Shown here piece by piece: positions 1 through 5,948 of a stretch of 5,948 nucleotides of DNA. The position numbers and the translations under genes were made by a program. The DNA lies in the IMG/VR virus record IMGVR_UViG_2579778745_000009; one strand, written 5' to 3'. The stretch is from a virus. Taxonomy: Duplodnaviria; Heunggongvirae; Uroviricota; Caudoviricetes. The stretch's first letter is position 1; each line of letters begins with the position of its first letter. Below the pieces are notes generated by a model. It had not been told where the DNA came from, ran no database searches, and saw only the letters and a program-made list of their open reading frames with translations.

Positions 1-1
1 G

Positions 2-754
2 AAAGGGATAAGTGAAATCGCTGGCTATTATCCCAGAGTTATATCAGATGATTTGTTTTACGCTGTACAGGAAATTCGGTTGGCACCTTTTGGTATTAGC
101 AATAGTAGCAAGAATCCTATGCTAATAAATCTACTTCGAACAGTTATGAAGTGTGAGGCTTGTGGTAATACCATGATTGTTCATGCGGTATCTGGAAGTT
201 TGCATGGCTATTATGTTTGTCCGATGAGAAGATTACATCGATGTGACAGGCCATCAATAAAAAGAGATTTGGTTGATTATAATATCATTAATGAATTGCT
301 TTTTAATTGTAGCAAAATTCAACCAGTTGAAAACAAGAAAGATGCTAATGAAACTTTAGAGTTAAAAATTATTGAGCTTCAGATGAAAATTAATAATTTA
401 ATCGTTGCATTGTCTGTCGCGCCTGAAGTTACCGCTATAGCAGAGAAAATAAGACTATTAGATAAGGAATTACGAAGGGCTTCGGTATCATTGAAAACTT
501 TGAAGAGTAAAGGTGTAAATTCATTCAGTGATTTTTATGCTATTGACTTAACCAGTAAAAATGGACGAGAGTTATGCCGTACACTTGCCTATAAAACATT
601 CGAAAAAATCATAATTAATACGGATAATAAAACCTGTGATATCTATTTTATGAATGGCATTGTTTTTAAACACTATCCTTTAATGAAAGTAATATCCGCC
701 CAGCAGGCGATAAGTGCTCTCAAATATATGGTTGATGGTGAGATTTATTTCTAA
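2..754 (+). CDS. ybcK: Large serine recombinase, C-terminal part; gene continues upstream of the window
   Basis: Frame 2 is open from nt 2 to the TAA at 752-754; the track ORF 53..754 is only its TTG-initiated tail. The translation has a four-Cys zinc ribbon (CEACGNT...YYVCPMRRLHRC) followed by a long predicted coiled coil (ELKIIELQMKINNLIVAL...KELRRASVSLKTLKS), the typical C-terminal architecture of large serine recombinases. Consistent with DLP12 YbcK as I recall it. Confidence 0.8.
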   Translation, partial: KGISEIAGYYPRVISDDLFYAVQEIRLAPFGISNSSKNPMLINLLRTVMKCEACGNTMIVHAVSGSLHGYYVCPMRRLHRCDRPSIKRDLVDYNIINELLFNCSKIQPVENKKDANETLELKIIELQMKINNLIVALSVAPEVTAIAEKIRLLDKELRRASVSLKTLKSKGVNSFSDFYAIDLTSKNGRELCRTLAYKTFEKIIINTDNKTCDIYFMNGIVFKHYPLMKVISAQQAISALKYMVDGEIYF

Positions 755-1135
755 ATAATGATCTCGGATTTTAAGTTATGCTATGGTGATAAAGTGCAAG
801 ACAGAATTAATTATCTTTGACGAAACTTAATGGGTAATTACTTTGTTTGCTCCCACAAGCGAGTTTTGTACGGCTGTATTGGGGTAGTAAATGAGCTATA
901 CAATCTTAATCATTTGTTAGGTGAGAACTCTTGGTCGCAGATTCAAATACTGAAAATACGTGACAAATTATTATGAGCAAAATGGTGTATGTCACGTATT
1001 TTGAATGGTAGGTTAAAAAATAACACCGACTTTCGTAGGTATTACTAATAATAAAGCAGAGTTTTTAGATAGTATCAATGTGCTTTGTGTATATTGTGGC
1101 AAATAATTGGGTTGGGGGTACAATTGTGATTGCTT

Positions 1136-1165
1136 TTGCATAAACATTGCGCCTTTATGCATAAT
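1136..1165 (+). promoter_or_regulatory. Candidate sigma70 promoter for ybcL-ybcM, overlapped by an 8-bp inverted repeat (possible operator)
   Basis: TTGCAT at 1136-1141, 18-bp spacer, CATAAT at 1160-1165, about 55 bp upstream of the ybcL ATG. The inverted repeat TGCATAAA (1137-1144) / TTTATGCA (1154-1161) spans the -35 and -10 elements. Motif reading only. Confidence 0.3.
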
Positions 1166-1218
1166 GAGATAAAGGAATATCAAATAAAATAACGATAGGT
1201 CATAACAAAGAGGTTTTT

Positions 1219-1770
1219 ATGAAAACACTTATCGTTTCAACTGTATTGGCATTCATAACATTTTCTGCGCAGGCTGCAGCATTTCAGGTCACTAGTAATG
1301 AAATAAAAACAGGAGAGCAACTTACAACGTCTCATGTCTTTTCTGGATTTGGGTGTGAAGGTGGTAATACATCGCCCTCATTAACCTGGTCTGGTGTTCC
1401 TGAAGGTACCAAAAGCTTTGCCGTAACTGTATATGATCCAGATGCACCTACAGGCAGTGGTTGGTGGCATTGGACTGTTGTTAATATTCCAGCAACAATA
1501 ACATATTTGCCCGTTGATGCAGGGAGACGTGATGGAACAAAACTGCCGACTGGTGCTGTTCAAGGCCGAAATGATTTTGGCTATGCTGGGTTTGGTGGCG
1601 CATGTCCTCCTAAAGGAGATAAACCACATCATTACCAGTTTAAAGTATGGGCTCTAAAAACTGAAAAGATTCCTGTAGATTCTAACTCCAGCGGAGCGTT
1701 AGTTGGTTATATGCTTAATGCTAATAAAATCGCAACCGCTGAGATAACACCAGTTTATGAGATAAAGTAG
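1219..1770 (+). CDS. ybcL: Secreted PEBP/RKIP-family protein (YbcL/YbhB family)
   Basis: 183-aa ORF with an AGAGG ribosome-binding site upstream of the ATG. N-terminal Sec signal peptide MKTLIVSTVLAFITFSAQA|AAF. Contains the PEBP-family motifs YDPDAPTG and GDKPHHYQF. Matches E. coli YbcL as I recall it. Confidence 0.9.
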   Translation: MKTLIVSTVLAFITFSAQAAAFQVTSNEIKTGEQLTTSHVFSGFGCEGGNTSPSLTWSGVPEGTKSFAVTVYDPDAPTGSGWWHWTVVNIPATITYLPVDAGRRDGTKLPTGAVQGRNDFGYAGFGGACPPKGDKPHHYQFKVWALKTEKIPVDSNSSGALVGYMLNANKIATAEITPVYEIK

Positions 1771-1779
1771 GGTGAGAGT

Positions 1780-2577
1780 ATGCTGGCAAGAGGTAAGACT
1801 AACTTAAAGATCGAAGAAATACGGATGCATAAACATCATGAGATTCATAGGGTTAAGCCTCTTATGCCAGCTTTGTGTCGTATCCGTCAGGGAAAGAAAG
1901 TTATCAATTGGGAGACGCATACTTTAACTGTTGATAATAATCAAATAATATTATTTCCTTGTGGTTATGAATTTTATATTGAGAATTATCCTGAAGCAGG
2001 GCTTTATCTTGCAGAAATGCTTTACTTACCCATTGATTTAATTGAGAGTTTCCAAAAACTTTATACGGTAACTGATCAAATACGTAACAAAACAAGTTTC
2101 TTTTTACCTCAGAATCCTGAGTTAATATATTGTTGGGAGCAACTAAAAACATCTGTTTCCCGAGGCTTCTCAACTAAAATTCAGGAGCACTTAGCAATGG
2201 GCGTTCTACTTTCGTTAGGAGTGAATCATGTTAATCATTTACTTTTATCATATAGTAAACAATCATTGATAAGTCGTTGTTATAACCTGCTGCTATCCGA
2301 ACCCGGCACAAAATGGACAGCAAACAAGGTTGCTCGATATCTCTACATTTCTGTTTCTACATTACATCGCCGTCTAGCAAGCGAGGGGGTAAGTTTCCAA
2401 AGTATACTGGACGATGTGAGGTTAAATAATGCGTTGTCTGCTATACAAACGACGGTAAAACCTATAAGCGAGATTGCCAGAGAAAATGGTTATAAGTGTC
2501 CTTCTCGTTTTACTGAAAGATTTCATAATCGTTTTAATATAACACCAAGAGAGATAAGAAAAGCTTCCAGAGAGTAA
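1780..2577 (+). CDS. ybcM: AraC/XylS-family transcriptional regulator
   Basis: 265-aa ORF beginning 9 bp after the ybcL stop with a GGTGAGAG ribosome-binding site. The C-terminal ~100 aa form a typical AraC-type double helix-turn-helix ([17 protein letters not shown]...[33 protein letters not shown]). AT-rich like ybcL. Confidence 0.85.
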
Positions 2578-2609
2578 AAGTGTTTTAAGAAGGAGCAATT
2601 CTATCGATT

Positions 2610-2638
2610 TTGATTTTGGGAAATCAACACGGCATAAT
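2610..2638 (+). promoter_or_regulatory. Candidate sigma70 promoter for the nin-region operon
   Basis: TTGATT at 2610-2615, exactly 17-bp spacer, CATAAT at 2633-2638. The predicted transcription start falls at the foot of the 2642-2670 hairpin. Motif reading only. Confidence 0.35.
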
Positions 2639-2641
2639 TAT

Positions 2642-2670
2642 GTCACCGGAGCCTGAACAACTCCGGTGAC
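2642..2670 (+). other. Perfect 10-bp stem / 9-nt loop hairpin: ybcM terminator, or 5'-leader structure/operator for the nin operon
   Basis: GTCACCGGAG (2642-2651) and CTCCGGTGAC (2661-2670) are perfect reverse complements. Followed by TTCTGCGC, a weak U-tract. Lies 65 bp after the ybcM stop and 24 bp before the ylcH ATG, at the AT-rich to GC-rich transition. Confidence 0.35.
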
Positions 2671-2693
2671 TTCTGCGCTAAACGGGGACGTTT

Positions 2694-2795
2694 ATGCGCA
2701 CATACAATCCAAACTCTCTTCTCCCTTCACAGATGCAGAAATGCACCTGCAATTCTTTGCATCTAGCGTTTGACCTCTGCGGAGGTGAAGCGTGA
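2694..2795 (+). CDS. ylcH: Small Cys-containing protein (33 aa), first gene of the nin-region operon
   Basis: ATG at 2694 with GGGGA five nt upstream; translates to [33 protein letters not shown]. Its TGA (2793-2795) overlaps the ybcN GTG start (2792) in a GTGA coupling overlap. Below the length cutoff of the supplied ORF track. Position matches DLP12 ylcH as I recall it. Confidence 0.45.
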
Positions 2796-3247
2796 ACCTC
2801 TCACAAGACGGCATCAAATTACATCGCGGCAACTTCACCGCTATCGGTCGGCAGATCCAGCCTTATCTGGAGGAGGGCAAATGCTTTCGCATGGTGCTTA
2901 AACCGTGGCGTGAGAAACGCAGTCTTTCCCAGAATGCACTCAGCCACATGTGGTACAGCGAAATCAGTGAATACCTCATCAGCAGGGGTAAAACGTTCGC
3001 CACTCCAGCTTGGGTAAAAGATGCTCTCAAACACACATATCTCGGTTATGAAACCAAAGACCTGGTTGATGTCGTAACCGGTGATATCACCACTATCCAG
3101 TCGTTACGCCATACCTCCGATCTTGATACCGGAGAGATGTATGTCTTCCTGTGTAAGGTTGAAGCCTGGGCGGTGAATATTGGCTGCCACCTGACTATTC
3201 CGCAGAGCTGCGAGTTCCAGCTGCTCCGCGACAAGCAGGAGGCGTAA
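2792..3247 (+). CDS. ybcN: NinB/Orf-family protein (lambda NinB recombination-mediator homolog; reported DNA base-flipping protein)
   Basis: 151-aa ORF with a GTG start and GGAGG six nt upstream. The [18 protein letters not shown] segment resembles the RSLDQN core of lambda NinB. Occupies the ninB-equivalent position ahead of ninE. Confidence 0.85.
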
Positions 3248-3417
3248 TGGCTACACCGCTTATTCGTGTCATGAACGGACACATCTACAGAGTATCAAAT
3301 CGTCGTAAGCGTAAGCCTGAGCTGAAGCCATCCGAAATACCAACACTGCTCGGATATACCGCTAGCCTGGTTGATAAAAAATGGTTGCGACTGGCAGCAA
3401 GGAGGAATCATGGCTGA
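3247..3417 (+). CDS. ninE: NinE-family small phage protein (56 aa)
   Basis: ATG at 3247 overlaps the ybcN TAA by 1 nt (TAATG), with AGGAGG upstream. Translates to [56 protein letters not shown]. Not in the ORF track because of its size. Confidence 0.75.
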   Translation: MATPLIRVMNGHIYRVSNRRKRKPELKPSEIPTLLGYTASLVDKKWLRLAARRNHG

Positions 3418-3700
3418 TTTGAGAAAAGCAGCGCGTGGTCGGGAATGCCAGGTAAGAATCCCTGGCGTATGTAATGGCAATTCTGAAACGTCTGTACTGG
3501 CACATATCCGGCTGGCTGGATTGTGCGGTACCGGTATCAAACCGCCAGACCTGATTGCCACCATTGCATGTTCTGCCTGCCACGACGAAATCGACCGCCG
3601 CACACATTTTGTCGATGCTGCATATGCAAAAGAATGCGCGCTGGAAGGTATGGCGAGAACACAGGTTATCTGGCTGAAAGAGGGGGTTATTAAGGCGTGA
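3410..3700 (+). CDS. ybcO: YbcO-family protein (DUF1364, as I recall), Cys/His-rich putative metal-dependent nuclease
   Basis: ATG at 3410 preceded by AGGAGG, and overlapping the ninE stop by 8 nt. 96 aa with Cys at positions 13, 21, 39, 55 and 58 plus His 59 (..[23 protein letters not shown]..). The track ORF start at 3371 is a spurious upstream TTG extension. Confidence 0.85.
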   Translation: MADLRKAARGRECQVRIPGVCNGNSETSVLAHIRLAGLCGTGIKPPDLIATIACSACHDEIDRRTHFVDAAYAKECALEGMARTQVIWLKEGVIKA

Positions 3701-4059
3701 ATACCTACAGTATCACATTACCCTGGCCTCCGAGCAATAATCGCTATTACCGCCATAATCGCGGGCGCACGCACGTCAGTGCAGAGGGGCAGGCATACCG
3801 CGATAACGTCGCCCGAATCATTAAAAGCGCAATGCTGGATATCGGCCTGGCTATGCCTGTGAAAATCCGCATTGAGTGCCACATGCCGGATCGCCGTCGC
3901 CGTGACCTGGATAATCTGCAAAAAGCCGCTTTTGACGCACTCACTAAAGCAGGTTTCTGGCTGGATGATGCTCAGGTCGTTGATTACCGCGTTGTGAAGA
4001 TGCCTGTTACCAAAGGTGGGAGGCTGGAACTGACCATCACCGAAATGGGGAATGAATGA
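3697..4059 (+). CDS. rusA: RusA Holliday-junction resolvase
   Basis: 120-aa ORF with a GTG start overlapping the ybcO stop (GTGA). Sequence [37 protein letters not shown]...[30 protein letters not shown] matches E. coli RusA as I recall it. Confidence 0.9.
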   Translation: MNTYSITLPWPPSNNRYYRHNRGRTHVSAEGQAYRDNVARIIKSAMLDIGLAMPVKIRIECHMPDRRRRDLDNLQKAAFDALTKAGFWLDDAQVVDYRVVKMPVTKGGRLELTITEMGNE

Positions 4060-4196
4060 TGTTTGAGTTTAATATAGCAGAACTTCTTCGCCACCGCTGG
4101 GGGCGTCTGCGCTTATATCGTTTCCCCGGTTCTGTTTTGACCGATTACCGAATACTGAAGAATTACGCCAAAACCCTGACAGGAGCAGGAGTATGA
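4056..4196 (+). CDS. ylcG: Small phage protein (46 aa)
   Basis: ATG at 4056 overlaps the rusA stop (ATGA). Translates to [46 protein letters not shown], ending at the TGA 4194-4196. Below the track size cutoff. Position matches DLP12 ylcG. Confidence 0.55.
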   Translation: MMFEFNIAELLRHRWGRLRLYRFPGSVLTDYRILKNYAKTLTGAGV

Positions 4197-4281
4197 AGTC
4201 AGAGATAACAATCAACTAATACTGTTTTATTGATTTTTGCTTGTAATTGGCGTTCTGGTCTGATTTTTGTGGAGTAAGTTG

Positions 4282-4665
4282 ATGCGTGATATTCAGATGG
4301 TTCTTGAGCGTTGGGGAGCGTGGGCGGCTAATAATCATGAAGATGTGACCTGGTCGTCCATTGCCGCCGGTTTTAAGGGATTAATTCCTTCAAAAGTAAA
4401 ATCTCGCCCGCAATGTTGTGACGATGACGCGATGATCATTTGCGGGTGCATGGCCCGTCTGAAAAAGAACAACAGCGATTTGCACGATTTATTAGTAGAT
4501 TATTATGTAGTTGGTATGACATTCATGTCACTGGCAGGTAAGCATTGCTGCTCTGATGGTTATATCGGGAAAAGGTTACAGAAGGCTGAGGGCATAATTG
4601 AAGGGATGTTAATGGCATTAGATATCCGGTTAGAGATGGATATCGTTGTTAATAACTCTAATTAA
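4282..4665 (+). CDS. quuD: Late-gene antiterminator Q homolog
   Basis: 127-aa ORF from the ATG at 4282 with GGAG seven nt upstream. The track's TTG at 4267 is a less likely start. Cys-rich segments ([25 protein letters not shown]) are compatible with a zinc-binding Q-type antiterminator. Sits immediately after the nin genes, as Q does in lambdoid phages. Confidence 0.85.
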   Translation: MRDIQMVLERWGAWAANNHEDVTWSSIAAGFKGLIPSKVKSRPQCCDDDAMIICGCMARLKKNNSDLHDLLVDYYVVGMTFMSLAGKHCCSDGYIGKRLQKAEGIIEGMLMALDIRLEMDIVVNNSN

Positions 4666-4687
4666 TACGCCAATTATTTACTAAAAG

Positions 4688-4716
4688 TTATTAAAAATGG
4701 GGCGTTGAAACGCCCC
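4688..4716 (-). terminator. Intrinsic terminator oriented for the minus strand (porin transcript)
   Basis: Stem GGGGCG (4699-4704) / CGCCCC (4711-4716) with loop TTGAAA. On the minus strand the stem is followed by AUUUUUAAUAA (complement of 4688-4698). On the plus strand it is followed by CAAAAATAAAGGG, with no U-tract. Confidence 0.4.
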
Positions 4717-4756
4717 CAAAAATAAAGGGTAATATATAACAGAAGGTTTGTATAGT

Positions 4757-4804
4757 TAGAAGCAAGGTTGTGCTTCTAAAGGAAGTGGCTTGAGGGAGCC
4801 ACTT
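4757..4804. repeat. Two tandem perfect 8-bp-stem hairpins
   Basis: TAGAAGCA (4757-4764) pairs with TGCTTCTA (4771-4778). AAGTGGCT (4783-4790) pairs with AGCCACTT (4797-4804). Neither is followed by a U-tract on either strand. Confidence 0.4.
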
Positions 4805-4845
4805 ATATGTTGGGGAGGCAAAGCCTCCCACAACATATCTTTTAG
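4805..4845 (+). terminator. Intrinsic terminator oriented for the plus strand (quuD side), possibly bidirectional
   Basis: About 15-bp stem ATATGTTGGGGAGGC (4805-4819) / GCCTCCC-A-CAACATAT (4823-4838) with one bulged A and a 3-nt loop, followed by CTTTTAG. It lies only 16 bp from the porin stop codon on the opposite strand. Confidence 0.5.
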
Positions 4846-4853
4846 TAATCAAA

Positions 4854-5886
4854 TTAGAACTGGTAAACCATACCTACAGCAACGATATCATCGGTAGCAA
4901 CGCCAGATGCTTTCGTGAAATCGCTCTTATCAATCAGGTTGATTTTGTAGTCAACAAAAGTGGACATATTTTTGTTGAAGTAATAGGTTGCACCTACATC
5001 AACATATTCAACCAGGTCCTGATCACCCCAAACACCCAAGTCTTTTCCTTTAGAATGCAGGTAAGCAACGGATGGACGCAGGCCGAAGTCGAACTGATAT
5101 TGTGCAACAGCTTCGAAGTTTTGTGCTTTGTTGGCAATATGGTTATTACCAAAAACAGTCATGTTCTGGGTTTCAGAATAGGTGGTGGCCAGATAGATGT
5201 TGTTCGCATCATATTTCAGACCAGCTGCCCATACTTCAGCATTTTGACCAGAAGCATTCAGACCGTTGTTACCGTAGATAACCTGATTATTAGTGCGATC
5301 AGATTTAGCATAGGTTGCACCTACACCGAATCCTTCATACTCATAAGTAGTGGAGAAACCGAAACCATCACCATTAGCTTCAGTTACGTCAGTGCGGTCA
5401 TTTTTACCCTGATACTGAGCAGCAAAGTTCAGACCATCAACCAGACCAAAGAAGTCGTTGTTACGATAAGTTGCAACACCAGTGGTGCGACCAGTCATGA
5501 ACACATCTGTTTGAGTCCAAGTGTCACCACCGAATTCTGGCAGGACGTCAGTCCACGCACCGATGTCGTATGCTACACCGTAGTTACGGCCGTAATCGAT
5601 GGAGCCGTAGTCACCGAATTTCAGGCCAGCGAAGGCAAGACGGGTTTTATCTTTGGAGGAACCTTGAGATTCAGCGCGGTTGCCTTTGAATTCATATTCC
5701 CACTGACCGAAACCAGTCAGTTGATCGTTGATTTGGGTTTCACCTTTGAAGCCAAGACGGGCATAAGTAGTATCACCATCATCTGCATCATTAGAGGAGA
5801 AGTAGTGCTTAGCATTAACTTTCCCGTACAGATCCAGCTTGTTACTGTCTTTATTATAAATTTCAGCTGCCTGAGCAGACATCGCC
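4854..5886 (-). pseudogene. nmpC: OmpC/PhoE/NmpC(Lc)-family outer-membrane porin, 5'-truncated by IS1 insertion inside the signal-peptide codons
   Basis: Minus-strand ORF translating to ...[29 protein letters not shown]...[12 protein letters not shown], with a typical porin C-terminal Phe and an intact stop at 4854-4856. The reading frame runs without a break into IS1 sequence at 5887, so the track's TTG start at 5900 lies inside IS1. Only the last ~6 signal-peptide residues remain; native promoter, ribosome-binding site, start codon and hydrophobic core are absent. Confidence 0.75.
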
Positions 5887-5948
5887 GGTGATGCTGCCAA
5901 CTTACTGATTTAGTGTATGATGGTGTTTTTGAGGTGCTCCAGTGGCTT
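5887..5948 (+). mobile_element. IS1 insertion sequence, left end (IRL), partial; continues beyond the window
   Basis: 5887-5948 reads GGTGATGCTGCCAACTTACTGATTTAGTGTATGATGGTGTTTTTGAGGTGCTCCAGTGGCTT, which matches the IS1 left terminal inverted repeat and leader as I remember them, with the insA GTG start at IS1 position 56. Confidence 0.85.
5942..5948 (+). CDS. insA: IS1 InsA, first two codons only (GTG GCT ...); the rest is outside the window
   Basis: The GTG at 5942 corresponds to the insA start (InsA begins MASVSISCPSC..., GTG GCT TCT GTT in IS1). Only 7 nt are in the window. Confidence 0.5.

Noticed and set aside
830-976. 48-aa ORF (MGNYFVCSHKRVLYGCIGVV...) in the ybcK-ybcL intergenic region
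   Set aside because: No Shine-Dalgarno sequence and no recognisable motif; it overlaps the left arm of the 50-bp symmetric element and is probably a chance ORF, though ribosome profiling could revisit it.
1381-1632. Minus-strand ORF (83 aa) inside ybcL
   Set aside because: Entirely antisense to a well-supported PEBP-family gene, with no ribosome-binding site and no recognisable motif; likely a chance open frame.
1768-1782. ybcL and ybcM lie in the same frame, separated only by the amber TAG and three codons
   Set aside because: Readthrough would fuse a periplasmic protein to a cytoplasmic regulator, which makes no biological sense; ybcM has its own start and ribosome-binding site, so this is most likely coincidence, relevant only in amber-suppressor hosts.
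1904-2173. Minus-strand ORF (89 aa) inside ybcM
   Set aside because: Antisense to the AraC-family gene; AT-rich sequence readily gives spurious ORFs.
2638-2667. 9-codon mini-ORF (MSPEPEQLR) spanning the 2642-2670 hairpin
   Set aside because: Too short, no ribosome-binding site, and explained by the palindrome itself.
2819-3034. Minus-strand ORF (71 aa) inside ybcN
   Set aside because: Antisense to the NinB-like gene, with no supporting features.
3046-3282. Minus-strand ORF (78 aa) overlapping ybcN/ninE
   Set aside because: Antisense to a tightly coupled operon; no ribosome-binding site or recognisable domains.
3371-3409. Upstream extension of the ybcO ORF in the track (MIKNGCDWQQGGI...)
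   Set aside because: It would run through the 3' end of ninE and lacks a ribosome-binding site, whereas the ATG at 3410 has AGGAGG upstream and gives the expected 96-aa product.
3295-3607. Two minus-strand ORFs (102 and 81 aa) opposite ninE/ybcO
   Set aside because: Antisense to recognised genes in GC-rich sequence; no independent support.
3718-3944. Two minus-strand ORFs (67 and 65 aa) inside rusA
   Set aside because: Antisense to rusA; Arg/Ser-rich low-complexity translations typical of reverse-strand artefacts.
4267-4281. TTG start at 4267 for quuD (track [13 protein letters not shown]...)
   Set aside because: The ATG at 4282 sits 7 nt after GGAG, while a 4267 start would place that Shine-Dalgarno inside the coding sequence; the shorter 127-aa form is preferred.
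5055-5891. Plus-strand 278-aa ORF (and nested 69-aa ORF 5072..5281) opposite the porin gene
   Set aside because: Antisense to a strongly recognisable porin; the translation is low-complexity (Ile/Thr/Val/Ser-rich) with no domain-like features.
5887-5900. TTG at 5898-5900 as the porin start codon (track [13 protein letters not shown]...)
   Set aside because: These codons lie inside the IS1 inverted repeat and have no ribosome-binding site; the open frame is an accident of the insertion, not a native start.
1-5948. Looked for CRISPR repeats, tRNA/rRNA genes and known defence-system signatures
   Set aside because: No regularly spaced direct repeats, no tRNA-like cloverleaf candidates or rRNA-like segments, and no recognisable defence-system domains (restriction, toxin-antitoxin, Abi-like) among the translated ORFs.

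Overview
This window reads as a segment of a DLP12-like defective lambdoid prophage of E. coli/Shigella, and I did not find a convincing wholly new multi-gene system in it. Gene names are assigned from recognised protein sequences and gene order, from memory; no database search was run. Left to right: the 3' half of a large serine recombinase gene (ybcK, running in from upstream); a 464-bp AT-rich intergenic region; an AT-rich cargo pair, ybcL (secreted PEBP-family protein) and ybcM (AraC-family regulator); then the GC-richer nin-region operon ylcH-ybcN-ninE-ybcO-rusA-ylcG, in which every gene junction is a start/stop overlap; the Q-type antiterminator quuD; a hairpin-rich convergent terminator region; and on the minus strand an NmpC/Lc-type porin gene whose 5' end is cut off by an IS1 insertion, with the first 62 bp of that IS1 at the window edge. 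No rRNA, tRNA or CRISPR array was seen. The most useful second-look items are the IS1/porin junction, a 50-bp symmetric element downstream of the recombinase gene, the candidate promoter/operator structures, and the crossed terminators between quuD and the porin gene.
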